From the NCBI GenBank assembly GCA_964016885.1, contig OZ024741.1, forward strand, positions 310,620,001 through 310,684,000: a stretch of DNA of 64,000 nucleotides, in the 5' to 3' direction. The notes below the pieces were generated by a model, which was not told where the DNA came from, searched no databases, and worked only from the letters and a program-made list of their open reading frames with translations. Positions 1-13,255 of this stretch are shown here, piece by piece; the stretch's first letter is position 1, and each line of letters starts with the position of its first letter. This DNA is from Eledone cirrhosa. Its lineage: Eukaryota. The translations under genes and the position numbers were made by a program.

Positions 1-199
1 GCATAACAAATCACATTATGAGGATATTTCCAGTTAGTGATAACAATTTCTCGCCGTATAGGTGAATAACTATCAACGTCCAAAATACTCTAATCCATTA
101 TCTCCGGAGTTGTGAATTTTTCATACAAGTTATAGAACCAACAAATGTAAGAAATCAATCCTTGATTAAAATGTATGTTCGTATTTTTAGATGAACATA

Positions 200-1403
200 T
201 TCAAATATTTGGGTAGATGCTGTTTAGTGACCAATTGTTGATTGACCCAAAGGCACGTCTATTTTAGATTTATTAAAGCTATTTTGCAATGAGCCATAAC
301 ATTCATTGAACAATATTGCTGACTGTGCAATTGATGGAGGGGAGCGCATGTTTCATTAGGTAAATATAGAAGTTTCTCTTCTCTCTTAAAACTTGGATTA
401 TGTCATCCTGTTTCAATAGTCAATTGTATGGTTCAGAGGCAGCAATTAGAGGCAAAAATAACAACGGGAGGCTTTGCTGATGTCCTGCAGTTAGTTGATG
501 AAACTGTGAACAAGCTAAAATCGAATTCTTTGTCTGAACGAAATTTCCGTCCACTCAGCCCTGATAAGGTTGATGACTATGTGAGGCTTTTGTACCATAT
601 TGAAGTACGATGGTTGTCAAAAAGCATCTGTGTTGTCAGTTTTGTCGATCTTTTTGAAGTAATATTTTTTTATACACTCCACTATACAATTCTCTGATTA
701 TTTCAAAATATGATATTCTTTCCTTAGTGACTTATTCGAAAAAGTAAATGATCTCAATACCTTATTACAAAGTAAAATACGCTTTCCAACTGTAAATCGC
801 CTTCAATGCTTTCATTTCTAAAATAACACTATATAAGATAAATGTTTCGTGGGGATCAAGTCCATCAATTTCAACGATTGAACAGCTCGAAAGATGAATT
901 CATTGATGAGGATGTCATTACATATCACAATTATTTGCTACCATTGCATGATGACATGGTACAGATTTCAGGATATTATCGCATTGTCAGTTCCAGTTTT
1001 GGATAACAACCCGTTTGAAGTAATCGATTGCAAAGACTATGTGCATGACGAATTGATTTACAAGATGACACTGATGCCACAATGCGCTATCGGTTTTAGG
1101 GTAATCACGTCTTGAGGTATTATCAAAATATAGTGACATATTTTCCAAACCTAATAAAAGTTAATAAAATACAGTTTTCTTCTATAATATGGTAATAGCA
1201 GCATCAGCAGTCGCATAAGTCAGCGTTATTTGTTACCCCACTTTGATATTTTTTATGACATTATAAAATGTTAGTTTACGAGTAACTACCAAACTTTTAC
1301 CAAATATTTTTGGTATACTTTCGAATATTTACGATATAGATAGGCGGCGAAAAATGTTTCCATGTGGAAGTGGGCGATGATGTAAAAAGTTTGGAAAACC
1401 CTG
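200..1403 (+). mobile_element. Degenerate hAT (Buster/SPIN/SCAND3-like) transposase remnant, copy A
   Basis: ORF 428-697 contains LLYHIEVRWLSK, resembling the hAT H-T-E-V-R-W-L-S motif; many stops; TIR-like end aagtttggaaaaccctg at ~1387-1403. Left boundary approximate. Confidence 0.7.
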
Positions 1404-1419
1404 TAGTAGAATATATCAA

Positions 1420-2950
1420 GCACATTCAAAGTTTAGTACCCCATTCCACGGTTGCAGTGCCAACACAAGGACTTCTGCAAGATATCAATCTGTCATGGAG
1501 CGATAGTTTGCAGCAAGAGAGCAGTTAGTTGATTCTCATTGACACATATAATCTTTCGAGGACGTCATCGTTCTTTTCCGACACTAATCCTCTATAGAAG
1601 GCCATATTGGAGTTTGTAGAGAGCGCAGTGCCCGATTGGTAGTCAAGCACTCTTTCGCGGCTTTGTTTCACCCAGGATTTCAGTATCGTGAAGGAGGTGA
1701 GCTGAGGAAAGACGATCACACCTGATCACCGTCACGAAAACACTGGATATGGACCTACCTCCCCATGTGCTACAGTTATTGCCTTGCACACGCGTGAGCG
1801 ATGCCTAAGATGTGACAGAGTGTATCTCTTATGGACTGAGTTAATAATACGGAACGGCGCTGTATTTGCAGCGATCTATCCCCTGAAAAGTCCCCATGAC
1901 CGAATGCCTTAAAGAACGCAGTCAGGTACCGATGGTCGACATCATCCAAAGTTTTCAATTGATCTGAGATTATTAGTGCCCTATCCAGGACAGTTTCTCA
2001 GTCACCCTCTCTCTGATGTATGGGGTGGTATTTGTCCTGGAAGGACACATATCTGCTCTCTTACACTAGCAGAAGCTCAACCAGAACAATAGCTAAACTT
2101 TTAAAACTTATCAATATAATCATCCTTGTTTGGTTGCATTCCTTGCAGCGCTGCAGCACTTCGACATACAGAAATTGAATTCTGTCATTCTTTTACCAGT
2201 TGGTGTAGACATCTGAAAAAAGTCGAATTGTGCATTTGGTGCCCCGTTGTACCACCGCAACTGGGCCAATCAGATGTTTTTTGTCAATTCTAGGAGAATG
2301 CACACTAAATCAAACACAACTGCATACTTGCTACACATTGAAGAGTTAGTCAAGGCTCAGTCTCACTATCAAGCAGTCATGATGCTTTCCTAAATACCCT
2401 ATAGTGCTTCCTGCCTAGTTCTCCCTTTATTTCTTTCGATTGCTTTTCCTTCACTACACCCGAAGGATTATATTGTAAACGTCATTTTGATGGGGAATCA
2501 CCATTTGTTGTTGGCGATTGTATCTGTTAAAGCTTAACTAATTTCGCACTCCGGTCTGTGTAATCTTTGGGCCCCGGAAGTGATTTCTTCATTTTCCAGT
2601 CATCTGTGTAGTGGAGGACTTCCAATTTTTGGATGTTATCACTATCAACTACTCTACAGCCAATCTAGATACTCTATGAATGATCCGATGTTATTTGAAC
2701 AGGTCTATACTGGTTCATCGAGGAAATCCACTCGGTAATTATCAGATTGTTGGTAGTGACTGAGAAGGTTTTTGAGGCTTTTCTGACCTCCTCCCATGTC
2801 TGCTAGTCCACACAGGCACAGCATTTATTCAAGACCCCATTCCAGTAGCTCATTAACAACTAAAGAGGACCTTTCTCAGAAAGTTCTCCAGATGGCCCCA
2901 ACATTCTATCCCACTTGTTCCTTTCATAGCTCTGACGGCCTCTAGCCCGA
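1420..2950 (-). pseudogene. Degenerate non-LTR (RTE-like) retrotransposon remnant; paralog at ~27520-28930
   Basis: Fragmented minus-strand ORFs; the paralog reads RLAQLRWYNG, similar to the RTE RLRWxGH motif. Weak. Confidence 0.4.
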
Positions 2951-3449
2951 ATGCATGTCCTTCGCTGTTGATCACGTCCAGCTCCATCAACTTAACGTCT
3001 GGGTCCAGGAAGGGGTTTCATATCGTGAAATCCGAGCGTTTACAAAACAACATCTTATTTCTATTCTGGCAAACTTGGAGATATGTACGCCTCCTAACGA
3101 CTAGAAATGCTTACTAAATCTTGTGGCCCGTGCATTTTGATTAAGCCCATGTAAACTACATCTATATTTAGCGAATTGAGGCCGTTGAACAGGTGACAAC
3201 TGCTTCGAAAGTGACCCCAGCATATATATTTCACATCACCTAATTTGAGTAGGCTATGATTTAAGAAAAAGAAAAGAAAAGTGATAAAGAGCACACACCT
3301 CTTTTTGCATGGACGGGTGCATTGTTCTTCCTGCGGGTAATGTCTTGCAAATCACGAAGTGTACGTTTAGTAATATTTCTCTGTAAATAACCTACTTCAT
3401 TTGGGTAGTAGGTTTTTGTTATGTGTAAATATGTTGTATTATTTGTATA

Positions 3450-3624
3450 GGATTGACAGTATCGGTAGAGGGTCGGCCGCCATGCTTTGTAGTATAGTTA
3501 CGCCCCTTTACGGTCTGAGTTCAAATCCCGCCGAGTTTAACTTTCATCATTACGGGTTCGATAAAATATAGTACCAGTAATGTACTGGAATAATTGCTGG
3601 CCTTGTGCCAAAAGTAGAAACAAT
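3450..3624 (+). mobile_element. tRNA-derived SINE (octopus-type)
   Basis: B-box gagttcaaatccc, core acgggttcgataaaatatagtaccagt and tail ggccttgtgccaaaagtagaaac, all shared with several other copies in the window. Confidence 0.85.
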
Positions 3625-5313
3625 TATTTGCATAATCTCTGTGTGTTAGTATAGCGACATGGGTGTTGTGAAATTTACTTGTTCTATGTATGTATTTGTA
3701 TGTTCTTCATTAAGTCCGCATTCTTTGAACTTATAGTCATGAGATTTTTAACCTAAGTTTTTGTTAGGTTTTGTTTTGTTATTGTTGTATTTTGTAAATT
3801 GGGCTGTGTTTACGGTATTCGTGAATTTTTTGGTGCCTGTGGGCTTGGCGAGCCTGGATTTTCTTTTTGTGAATTTTTTTCCCTATGGCCTTTTAGCTTG
3901 TCCACATTGTCTGTAATTGAGTATTCATCATCATATTTTAATCGTTCGTCTTCTCAGTTTGATTATAGGAGTACACCTCTAATATTTCTCAGACTTGCCG
4001 CACGCCAGGTATTTTAGGAGAAGAAGGTGATTATTCTCCTTTAAGTGTGTCCATGCAGCTCAAATGAGGCAGTTGGCTTTTCCGATCTCCATTGCTATGC
4101 TACAATGATGCTACCAAAGATATGCATTTGGTCTAATTTCAGACAACTTAAGTAAGGGACGAGCAGTGAGGGAAACTTTAACTTTCCATTAATTGCAACT
4201 TTCACATCAACCTTATCTAAACACTTTCCTACTTGGATGTACGTATTTAGCTCCCACACTCAGCCCAAAGCTCCTGGCCTTGAATCTCGCTTGTTTTTAA
4301 TCCAATTGCACGGGAAGTCGTTGTGCAACGAATTGTGTTTTGAATTATGTTTGTCGGGATATCAATGTTAATTATGTTGCCGGATTGTCCGACATACAGT
4401 TGAAAAATATCCACCACACTATACAGCCGAGAGACTAAAAGCCACGAATAATAAACGATAAAAACAATAAATCAAAACGAAAGTAAAAAGGTAAACGAAA
4501 ATTAAATACCTGTAAGTAGCACAGATGAGATTTATTGAATGTTGATATTTAACACGTGTTAAAGTATTAAAGGTGTAAAGTATGATAGATAATAGAAGAC
4601 CAAACAACCGGAAAAATATAACGTTTCCAGAAAATAATAAAAGATATTGCAAATGCTTATAAGTCTCTAAATATAAATTACTAATCAACAAGCCATGAGA
4701 GATAACTGCAGAAAATGAAAGAATAATATTAAGTATGGCATGGATTGATCAGATGAGATTTTGACAGTGTCACCTACATTCGCATATTGGACACATTAGC
4801 CATGAATAAAGTAACTCTAACAATAGAAATGATTCATCATCTATATCACATGTAATTAGCAAACAATTCTAGAAATAAATAGAAATTTTGTACTTATATA
4901 CAAAGAGACTATCCTAGTAAAAAGAAGGATATTTTAAGGAGACACCCACTCATCACTTCTCTCCTATCTAGCACTGAAACCAATAACTGAGATACTGAAC
5001 AAGACTAGACACGAATATAAATGGTAGGGTAAGAAAAATATAAATAATTGAAAATGGAAAATCTAAAGCTGCATGCTGCAAACAGAAGTAAATTGAAACA
5101 CTGGTGGAAAGACTACATAGATTCACAAAGGAATTAAGCAGAACTTCAGAAAGCGAACATAATCTTTGATGTCCCAATAAGCACAGACGTTAAGATCAAA
5201 GACAACTGATCCGATAATATAGGGAAACAACTTAAAGAAAGAGTATTGCCTACTAACTGACGGATATATATATAAGTAGAAACCAAATTACTGGGATAGC
5301 CTTGGTAAATTGA

Positions 5314-5520
5314 ATGTTCCCGAAATACGCCGACTTGTCCGTCAGCTACATCGAAGCTCAAATTTTCTCCCAGTATACTGCACCTACCCCTGTCCTATAC
5401 GGCCGTTACATCGAGTATTCTATCGGCGCCACTTCTTTCTCCCATGAACAGCTTGACTCCTCTTTTTCTTTAGTCCAGTCTTTCCAACCCACCCTTACCT
5501 CCATTATCTCCTTAACTAGG
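5314..5520 (+). pseudogene. Short Penelope-like RT fragment (paralog 32009-32220)
   Basis: YADL(F/S)VSYIEAQIFSQYTAPTP(E/V)LYGRYIE resembles the PLE RT segment leading into RYIDD. Confidence 0.55.
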
Positions 5521-5539
5521 TTTAACTAGGTATACCTAG

Positions 5540-7950
5540 AAAGGGCAGAGGGAGAAAAACAATAGCTCATGTTCTTCGTCGCAAAGATCAGTTGAAGGAA
5601 GTATATCGGATTACAAGAGAGTGTGCTAGAGAAAATCGTGAAATGGTCGAAATGGTAGTGGAACACTTACCCTGTGTTATGCCGAAAAGAAAGAGACATA
5701 GAGTATTTACTATGAGAGCCTACTGAACGAAGAGAATAAATGGGACAGCAAGGGCTTACCGCATGTAGAGCTGACTAAGGGATCAGCTAAGAAGTTGACA
5801 GCAGTGAGATAGATAAAGCAATTAAGGACATGGAGGTAGAGAAAACTACTCGTCCATCTGGTATATTTGTTGAGAGGCTAAAAGCACCTGGCATTGTAGG
5901 ATATGTGCTAGTCGGTCATATAGTTAATCAAGTAGTACAAGAAAGGTATCATAGCCAATGACTGCAGCAGCAAAGTTATTGTCAACTTCTACAAGGTTAA
6001 TGAAGATTCACTAGAGAGAATAAGAACAGGTTTGATTTCGAGTGCTGCATGGCTGGATGAAAATCAATGCTGCGAAAACTGAGACTCTCGTCATCTCAGG
6101 AATCTTGTGCTGTGCAATCTATATATGAATGGAGTTCCACAGAAACACGGGGAGAAATTCAAGTATCTTGGGGCCATGTTCACAAGTGATGGAATGCATG
6201 AGGCTGAATTAAGTGCAAGAATTGCACGAACTGGTGCTGTAATGCGCTAGCTTCAGCAGTCGGTATTCAAAAGAAGGGATGTAGGTGAAAGATCTAAACT
6301 AGTCATCTTCAGTACGGTATTCGTGTGAACACTCATTATGGTCATGAATCTTGGGTAATGACCAAACGAATATGATCGTGGATGCAAGCGTCAGAAATGG
6401 GGTTCCTTCAAAAGGTATTTTGAGTAACGTTACTCAATAGAGTGCGTAGCTTGGAGATCAGGTCTCCCTCCAGGGAGAGTCGCTACTTCTCCGAATTGAG
6501 AGATTACAGATACGATACTATATGCAATTGTTTAGAATGTCTCGGTGAAAAAATCCCTAGACAGATGTTACGGGTAAACGCAACCGGTAGGAAGCCCAGT
6601 ATCCGCGCAAGATGGTTGGATAACATCCATGAGCTCATCTGGTCGAGATTGGGGATAGAGCCGGATCATTTGGAGAGGGTTGCTTCTGACAAACCCACTG
6701 GAAGGAATGGTTGAAGATTCTTCCCCCACCCACTACATTCTTAGGAAGAAGAAGAAGAAGACGAAGAAGAAGAAGAAGAAGAAGAAGAAGAAGAAGAAGA
6801 AGAAGAAGAAGAAGAAGAAGAAGAAGAAGAAGAAGAAGAAGAAGAAGAATAGTGCCATTGATTGCCCCTTTATAGTGCGACGACTGCTTGATAGGTACTT
6901 AGTTAAGTGTAACCATTGTATCTGGATTTTGTAGATAGGGTGCCATTCTCTGCAATATGTTGGACACTTAGGTAATTAGATGTATATGAATGTCTTGTGA
7001 GAGCATTGTGGGCCATGTATAAACAAGTTGGAAGCCAGTAGAGTGATGAAGTGCAGTTCGATGTCCACCGGGGCTCAGTCCTTAGTCCACTCCTATTTGT
7101 CACTGTTCTTCACTGTTCTTCACGGAGTATTTCAAAACTGGTACTCCGTGGGCGTTCCTATATGCTGATGACCTAGTACTTAAAATGAATCCGTAGGACG
7201 GTAAAGGACAAAACTTGAAACATGCAAAAACCTAGAGTTGAAATGCCTAAAACTAGTTGCATCAAAGGCAAAATGGGTAAGTACGAAAGAGGACAAGAAG
7301 GTGATACAATCAGGGAAATGGCTGTGTTCGATATGCCAGAAAATGGTGGGCAGGAGCTCTATAAGGTGCACAGAGTGCAATCGATGAACTCACAAGAGAT
7401 GTGGCTGATGCACAGAAGAAGGGACCCCTAAGAACTTACGTGAAGGTGATTCCTTTAGCTTCCAGGGAAGCTCCTAGAAATTATCAACAGCCTTTGTTAT
7501 TTAGGCGATCAAAATCACAAGTGTGGAGATCCACTGAAAGTGTGACAACCAGGATCAGAACAGGCTTATTCTTCTTCGAATAACAAGCATTTTCTCACTC
7601 GGAGGGAAGATAAGACAGCATGATGCCTGTGGGCAGAGGGCAATGCTAAATGGCTGGGAAACGTGGGCCTTAACTACAGAAGACCTCCGAAGGCTGGAGA
7701 GAAATGACGACAGTATGCTCCGATTAATGTGTAATGCTAGTGTGCATGGACGATGTAGTAGAAATGAACTGAGAAGAAAACATTATATAAAAGGATTTGG
7801 ATAAAATGTGCCAAAGAGAGATTACTCTGGTATGGATATGTGATACGTATGGAAGACAGCAGCTGAACAAAGAAATGCAGAGCAATCGCAGTGGCTGGAA
7901 CACAAGCAAAAGGCAGACCAAAAAGACTTGTGATGACAAAGGATCGAATG
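5540..7950 (+). pseudogene. Degenerate RTE-clade LINE fragments (paralog ~32230-35200)
   Basis: Fragments KFKYLG, (R)ARWLDNI, WTLRxLDV and LYADDL, broken by stops and frameshifts. Confidence 0.7.
6745..6849 (+). repeat. (GAA)n microsatellite; paralog 33981-34058
   Basis: Directly visible. Confidence 0.98.
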
Positions 7951-8969
7951 GGCTGACGTTATGCTGTGTTAATGAAGCCCCGACCAGAATCATAAGATAT
8001 GACCTGACCCATCCACGAACAACTCCCTCCCTCCTACTATTACTCCCCCTATCTGTCCACCCCAATGCGGCATCCACTATACATACACCCTCGAGAACCA
8101 TTTACACACTAAACACCTTAGATATCCTCACCATTGGCCAATAGTAGCTGCCTTCTATCCTCATTGTTCACGCCACCCCTACTAGCAAACCTTATCCCTC
8201 ACTATCCCTTACCCATCTCTCTAACAGGACCCTAATTTCTATCGATTACATTCTTCGCTAAACCCCCGTCCCCGTACACTAATCAGCTATCCCTAATTCA
8301 TACCCATCCCTAACCCCGCTTCCTATCTCTCCATCACGCCCCATATCACCACCATGTTGACCACATCCCTCACACCACTACTCCCCATATACTAATCAGT
8401 AACTCCTACCCTTTAGTCACTGGCCTGCCAAAGAAACCCCCACACATACCTATAACTTCATACTTAGCTCCCTCCCTTATTGTCCCTCCTCCATATTTGA
8501 GAGGGTTCTGCAGGTGGATTTATGGTCAACATCCCCAGAGTGGTTGGTGAGAGGAAGTTCACCTGCTGTAGATTCCATACATAAAAGAATTGAGATAACC
8601 CTTTAGTTGATTTAAAAACACAACCTCCTTAGTTCTGCTGATCTACACAATAAAAGCAATCAGCACACGCTGCAAAGCAGTTGGTGTTACGAAAGGGATA
8701 CGGTCGTAGAAAGTTTACTAAACAAAGGGTGAGTAGGAAATTCAGTTTGTGTCAAAAAACAACTTCTCGATATGAACTTGGTCTGTCTGGTAGGTCAATA
8801 GCTACGCTTCAGTAGTAATTTGTTCTATGTAATCCCAGTCAACACTTGCTTGCAGATAGAAGCGGACGTCAAATGATGAGGATGATGACATATACCTATG
8901 TATACACACATACAGAAACAGACACACCCACACACACACTAATATATATATATATATATATATATATAC

Positions 8970-9755
8970 GTTATTCCGGGTTGAATCGGAGGTAACCACA
9001 GTAAGTAAGGTACTCAATACATAGCAGAGTATAACAGTTTTAATATAGAAGAGATTCTACAGGACTAGAACTGTTTCATTCATTAGAAATCATCAGGAAT
9101 CTGGGTATCAAAAAATAAATATGGTATTTATAGGTCTCTACAAGTGGTAGGAGAGGGTGGGGAGTGGGATGGGTGCAGGTCATTGGTTGATAGAAAAGGG
9201 AATTCATTAAAAGCTAATTCTACAAAGCTATAGTTTATTTTTATTTTTATTTATATTTATTTATGTTTTTAGAGTAACAAAGGCAGACAGAATTCTATAA
9301 ACAGGTTCCGGATGGCATACCATTCCTTGTCAATAAGTTTCTCTTAAGCTAACAGATGTCTATAAAATCAGTGGGGGGTCAGTCATGGTCGATAGAATTA
9401 AAGAAAAGGGAGATTCTTTAAAAGCTAAAGTCATTAAGGTTCTACTAAGTGACAAAGGTCTAGAGAATTCTGCAGACAGATTCAAAATACTGAGTGCATA
9501 TCTTACTATTATCTTCGAACTTCTCTTAAACTAATCAACTATATGCCAAAAATCAACAGACACATTCACAAAAAAACAAAAAAACAAAAAAGCAAAAAAA
9601 CACATACTCACTCACACACTTACGCGCAACCATAAACACACACACAAACACATATACACACATAAAAACACACACACATATATAAAAAATATATAAATAT
9701 ATATAAATATAAATATATATTCATGTACACACACATACATACACACATACATACA
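8970..9755 (-). mobile_element. Penelope-type pLTR/3' UTR family B, left arm of outer inverted repeat
   Basis: Reverse complement of ~17355-18080 with about three differences found by eye; contains a hammerhead; flanked by (TA)n. Confidence 0.8.
9052..9102 (-). ncRNA. Type I hammerhead ribozyme (family B)
   Basis: Reverse complement of the 18014-18064 motif. Confidence 0.85.
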
Positions 9756-9759
9756 TATG

Positions 9760-9790
<31 letters not shown>

Positions 9791-9853
9791 GTGTGTATGT
9801 ATGTGTATGTGTATGTATATGTGTATATGTATGTATGTGTGTATGTGTGTGTG

Positions 9854-9982
<129 letters not shown>

Positions 9983-10268
9983 GGGCATGTGTGTGTGTGT
10001 ATGTATGTGTGTGCGCGCGTGTGTGTGTGTATATATATATATATATGTTGGGGTGTTAGTAGGCGTCAGTCATCTTACCATCCCATTCCTTCTAACTAGC
10101 CTCTGTGTCACGTGATTGATTCTTTAGAATCGGCCATTTGACTTGAAGCAGTGAGAATTTCGGTACATAGAATCCAGTCCTCGCAAGCTGTTCGATCTAC
10201 CGAATTATTATTATTTTTATATGAGCCGCCAGTGTCCGCGCATTGCCTGGAGACTTAACTGAGAATAG

Positions 10269-10350
10269 ACTTCCTGATGACGCAATGAATTCTCGACAGT
10301 TGGATTACATAACTGTCTTTATCCCATTGCAGAAACTAATTAGTTGGAGT
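10269..10350 (+). ncRNA. Type I hammerhead ribozyme, array unit 1
   Basis: ACUUC-CUGAUGA-C-GCAAUG[7 nt, GACAGUU/AACUGUC hairpin, 7 nt]CAUUGC-A-GAAAC-UAAUUA-GUU^GGAGU; the stem III region is the palindrome AACTAATTAGTT. Confidence 0.8.
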
Positions 10351-10830
10351 GAAAATTTAAGTAAGAAAAAAATTTTTTTTAAATTTTTTTAAAAAAATAT
10401 TTTCTTATTTTACGTCCTTTATATTATTGTTCTGCATTCTCCTGCATTGAACCACCTAGGTACTATGACATAACCTGTGTATTTGCTGGCATGGGCGTGC
10501 ATCTGTGCGCTTATGTTAGTTGATATATTAAATTATCTATATTTATCTCCAAATCACTGATTTGTCGAGCAAACTTGTCAAAACCACTTCTAAAAAAATT
10601 TTTTTTTTTTTGGGGTGTTAGTAGGCGTCAGTCATCTTACCATCCCATTCCTTCTAACTAGCCTCTGTGTCACGTGATTGATTCTTTAGAATCGGCCATT
10701 TGACTTGAAGCAGTGAGAATTTCGGTACATAGAATCCAGTCCTCGCAAGCTGTTCGATCTACCGAATTATTATTATTTTTATATGAGCCGCCAGTGTCCG
10801 CGCATTGCCTGGAGACTTAACTGAGAATAG

Positions 10831-10912
10831 ACTTCCTGATGACGCAATGAATTCTCGACAGTTGGATTACATAACTGTCTTTATCCCATTGCAGAAACTA
10901 ATTAGTTGGAGT
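10831..10912 (+). ncRNA. Type I hammerhead ribozyme, array unit 2
   Basis: Same sequence as unit 1. Confidence 0.8.
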
Positions 10913-11391
10913 GAAAATTTAAGTAAGAAAAAAATTTTTTTTAAATTTTTTTAAAAAAATATTTTCTTATTTTACGTCCTTTATATTATTGTTCTGCATT
11001 CTCCTGCATTGAACCACCTAGGTACTATGACATAACCTGTGTATTTGCTGGCATGGGCGTGCATCTGTGCGCTTATGTTAGTTGATATATTAAATTATCT
11101 ATATTTATCTCCAAATCACTGATTTGTCGAGTAAACTTGTCAAAACCACTTCTAAAAAATTTTTTTTTTTTTGGGGTGTTAGTAGGCGTCAGTCATCTTA
11201 CCATCCCATTCCTTCTAACTAGCCTCTGTGTCACGTGATTGATTCTTTAGAATCGGCCATTTGACTAGAAGCAGTGAGAATTTCGGTACATAGAATCCAG
11301 TCCTCGCAAGCTGTTCGATCTACCGAATTATTATTATTTTTATATGAGCCGCCAGTGTCCGCGCATTGCCTGGAGACTTAACTGAGAATAG

Positions 11392-11473
11392 ACTTCCTGA
11401 TGACGCAATGAATTCTCGACAGTTGGATTACATAACTGTCTTTATCCCATTGCAGAAACTAATTAGTTGGAGT
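11392..11473 (+). ncRNA. Type I hammerhead ribozyme, array unit 3
   Basis: Same sequence as unit 1. Confidence 0.8.
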
Positions 11474-11954
11474 GAAAATTTAAGTAAGAAAAAAATTTTT
11501 TTTAAATTTTTTTAAAAAAATATTTTCTTATTTTACGTCCTTTATATTATTGTTCTGCATTCTCCTGCATTGAACCACCTAGGTACTATGACATAACCTG
11601 TGTATTTGCTGGCATGGGCGTGCATCTGTGCGCTTATGTTAGTTGATATATTAAATTATCTATATTTATCTCCAAATCACTGATTTGTCGAGCAAACTTG
11701 TCAAAACCACTTCTAAAAAAATTTTTTTTTTTTTTGGGGTGTTAGTAGGCGTCAGTCATCTTACCATCCCATTCCTTCTAACTAGCCTCTGTGTCACGTG
11801 ATTGATTCTTTAGAATCGGCCATTTGACTTGAAGCAGTGAGAATTTCGGTACATAGAATCCAGTCCTCGCAAGCTGTTCGATCTACCGAATTATTATTAT
11901 TTTTATATGAGCCGCCAGTGTCCGCGCATTGCCTGGAGACTTAACTGAGAATAG

Positions 11955-12036
11955 ACTTCCTGATGACGCAATGAATTCTCGACAGTTGGATTACATAACT
12001 GTCTTTATCCCATTGCAGAAACTAATTAGTTGGAGT
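11955..12036 (+). ncRNA. Type I hammerhead ribozyme, array unit 4
   Basis: Same sequence as unit 1. Confidence 0.8.
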
Positions 12037-12102
12037 GAAAATTTAAGTAAGAAAAAAATTTTTTTTAAATTTAAAAAAAAAAATATTTTCTTATTTTACG
12101 TC

Positions 12103-12106
<4 letters not shown>

Positions 12107-12182
<76 letters not shown>

Positions 12183-12201
12183 ATGTATGTATGTATATGT
12201 A

Positions 12202-12232
<31 letters not shown>

Positions 12233-12257
12233 ATATGGTTGTGTGGGCAGGTGTGTG

Positions 12258-12326
<69 letters not shown>

Positions 12327-12386
12327 ATATTTGTATGTATATATGTATATATGTGTGTATGTGTGTGTGTGTATATGTATGTATAT

Positions 12387-12426
<40 letters not shown>

Positions 12427-12507
12427 ATGTGTGTATATATATGTATATATGTGTATATGTATGTATGTGTACGTGTGTATGTATGTGTGTGTTTATATGT
12501 ATATATG

Positions 12508-12578
<71 letters not shown>

Positions 12579-12687
12579 GTGTGTGTGTGTATGTGTGTAT
12601 ATATGTGTGTATATATATGTGTATTTGTATGTGTCTGTGCTTTTGTATGTGTGTATGTATGTATATATGTGTGTATATGTGTGTGTA

Positions 12688-12718
<31 letters not shown>

Positions 12719-12745
12719 GTGTATATGTGTATGGATGTATATATG

Positions 12746-12776
<31 letters not shown>

Positions 12777-12942
12777 ATGTGTATATATATATGTATGTGT
12801 ATGTATGTGTGTGTGTATATATTTATATATATGTGCGTGAGAGAGAGAGTGTGTATATATATTTTGTGTGTGGGTGTGTGTATGTGTGTATGCGCGTGTG
12901 TGTATATATATATATATATGTGTATGTGTGTGTGTATATATG

Positions 12943-12980
<38 letters not shown>

Positions 12981-12986
12981 CATATA
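12107..12986. repeat. Compound (TA)n/(TG)n microsatellite; similar tracts at 9720-10047, 16735-17400, 18880-18945, 19353-19415, 19583-19710, 21412-21675, 22030-22090 and 24645-24940
   Basis: Directly visible. Confidence 0.98.
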
Positions 12987-13030
12987 TACAATATTAAATA
13001 AATGGAAAACTATATTTATAAAACCATATT

Positions 13031-13096
13031 TATTTCATTATATATATTTCGGGGATATCATATTAACAATATGCTATGCCTTCATCAGACAAAATA
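13031..13096 (-). ncRNA. Minimal type I hammerhead in inverted pLTR (family A)
   Basis: Reverse complement of 16535-16600. Confidence 0.75.
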
Positions 13097-13255
13097 CAAT
13101 ATAAACAGTTTTATAGATAAATATATTCGACATACCGTAATAAACATCAACTTCATTTGAAGAGGTTCACTCTAGCAGTGAAAATACAGAGAGAAAGAAA
13201 GAGAGAGAGAAAAAAGACAAAACGAAGAAAGGAAGAAAAAGAAGAAAAAGAAGAA

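Larger units (their letters stand above)
1..8935 (+). repeat. Segmental duplication copy A, part 1 (paralogous to ~26086-36150)
   Basis: Colinear, highly similar sequence: 1-60 matches 26086-26160, the (GAA)n tracts at 6745 and 33981 correspond, 8800-8930 matches 36040-36150. Confidence 0.95.
10048..12110 (+). repeat. Tandem array of ~562-bp units (3.7 copies), hammerhead-containing, retrozyme-like
   Basis: Units start ggggtgttagtaggcg at 10050, 10612, 11173 and 11736; nearly identical; each full unit ends in A6-7/T13-14; the array is flanked by (TA/TG)n. Confidence 0.95.

Noticed and set aside
6680-6934. Poly-Lys ORF (also 33865-34275)
   Set aside because: Read-through of (GAA)n.
10048-12110. 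CRISPR-like array beside an RT
   Set aside because: Units are 562 bp and essentially identical, with no variable spacers; eukaryotic context and no cas genes.
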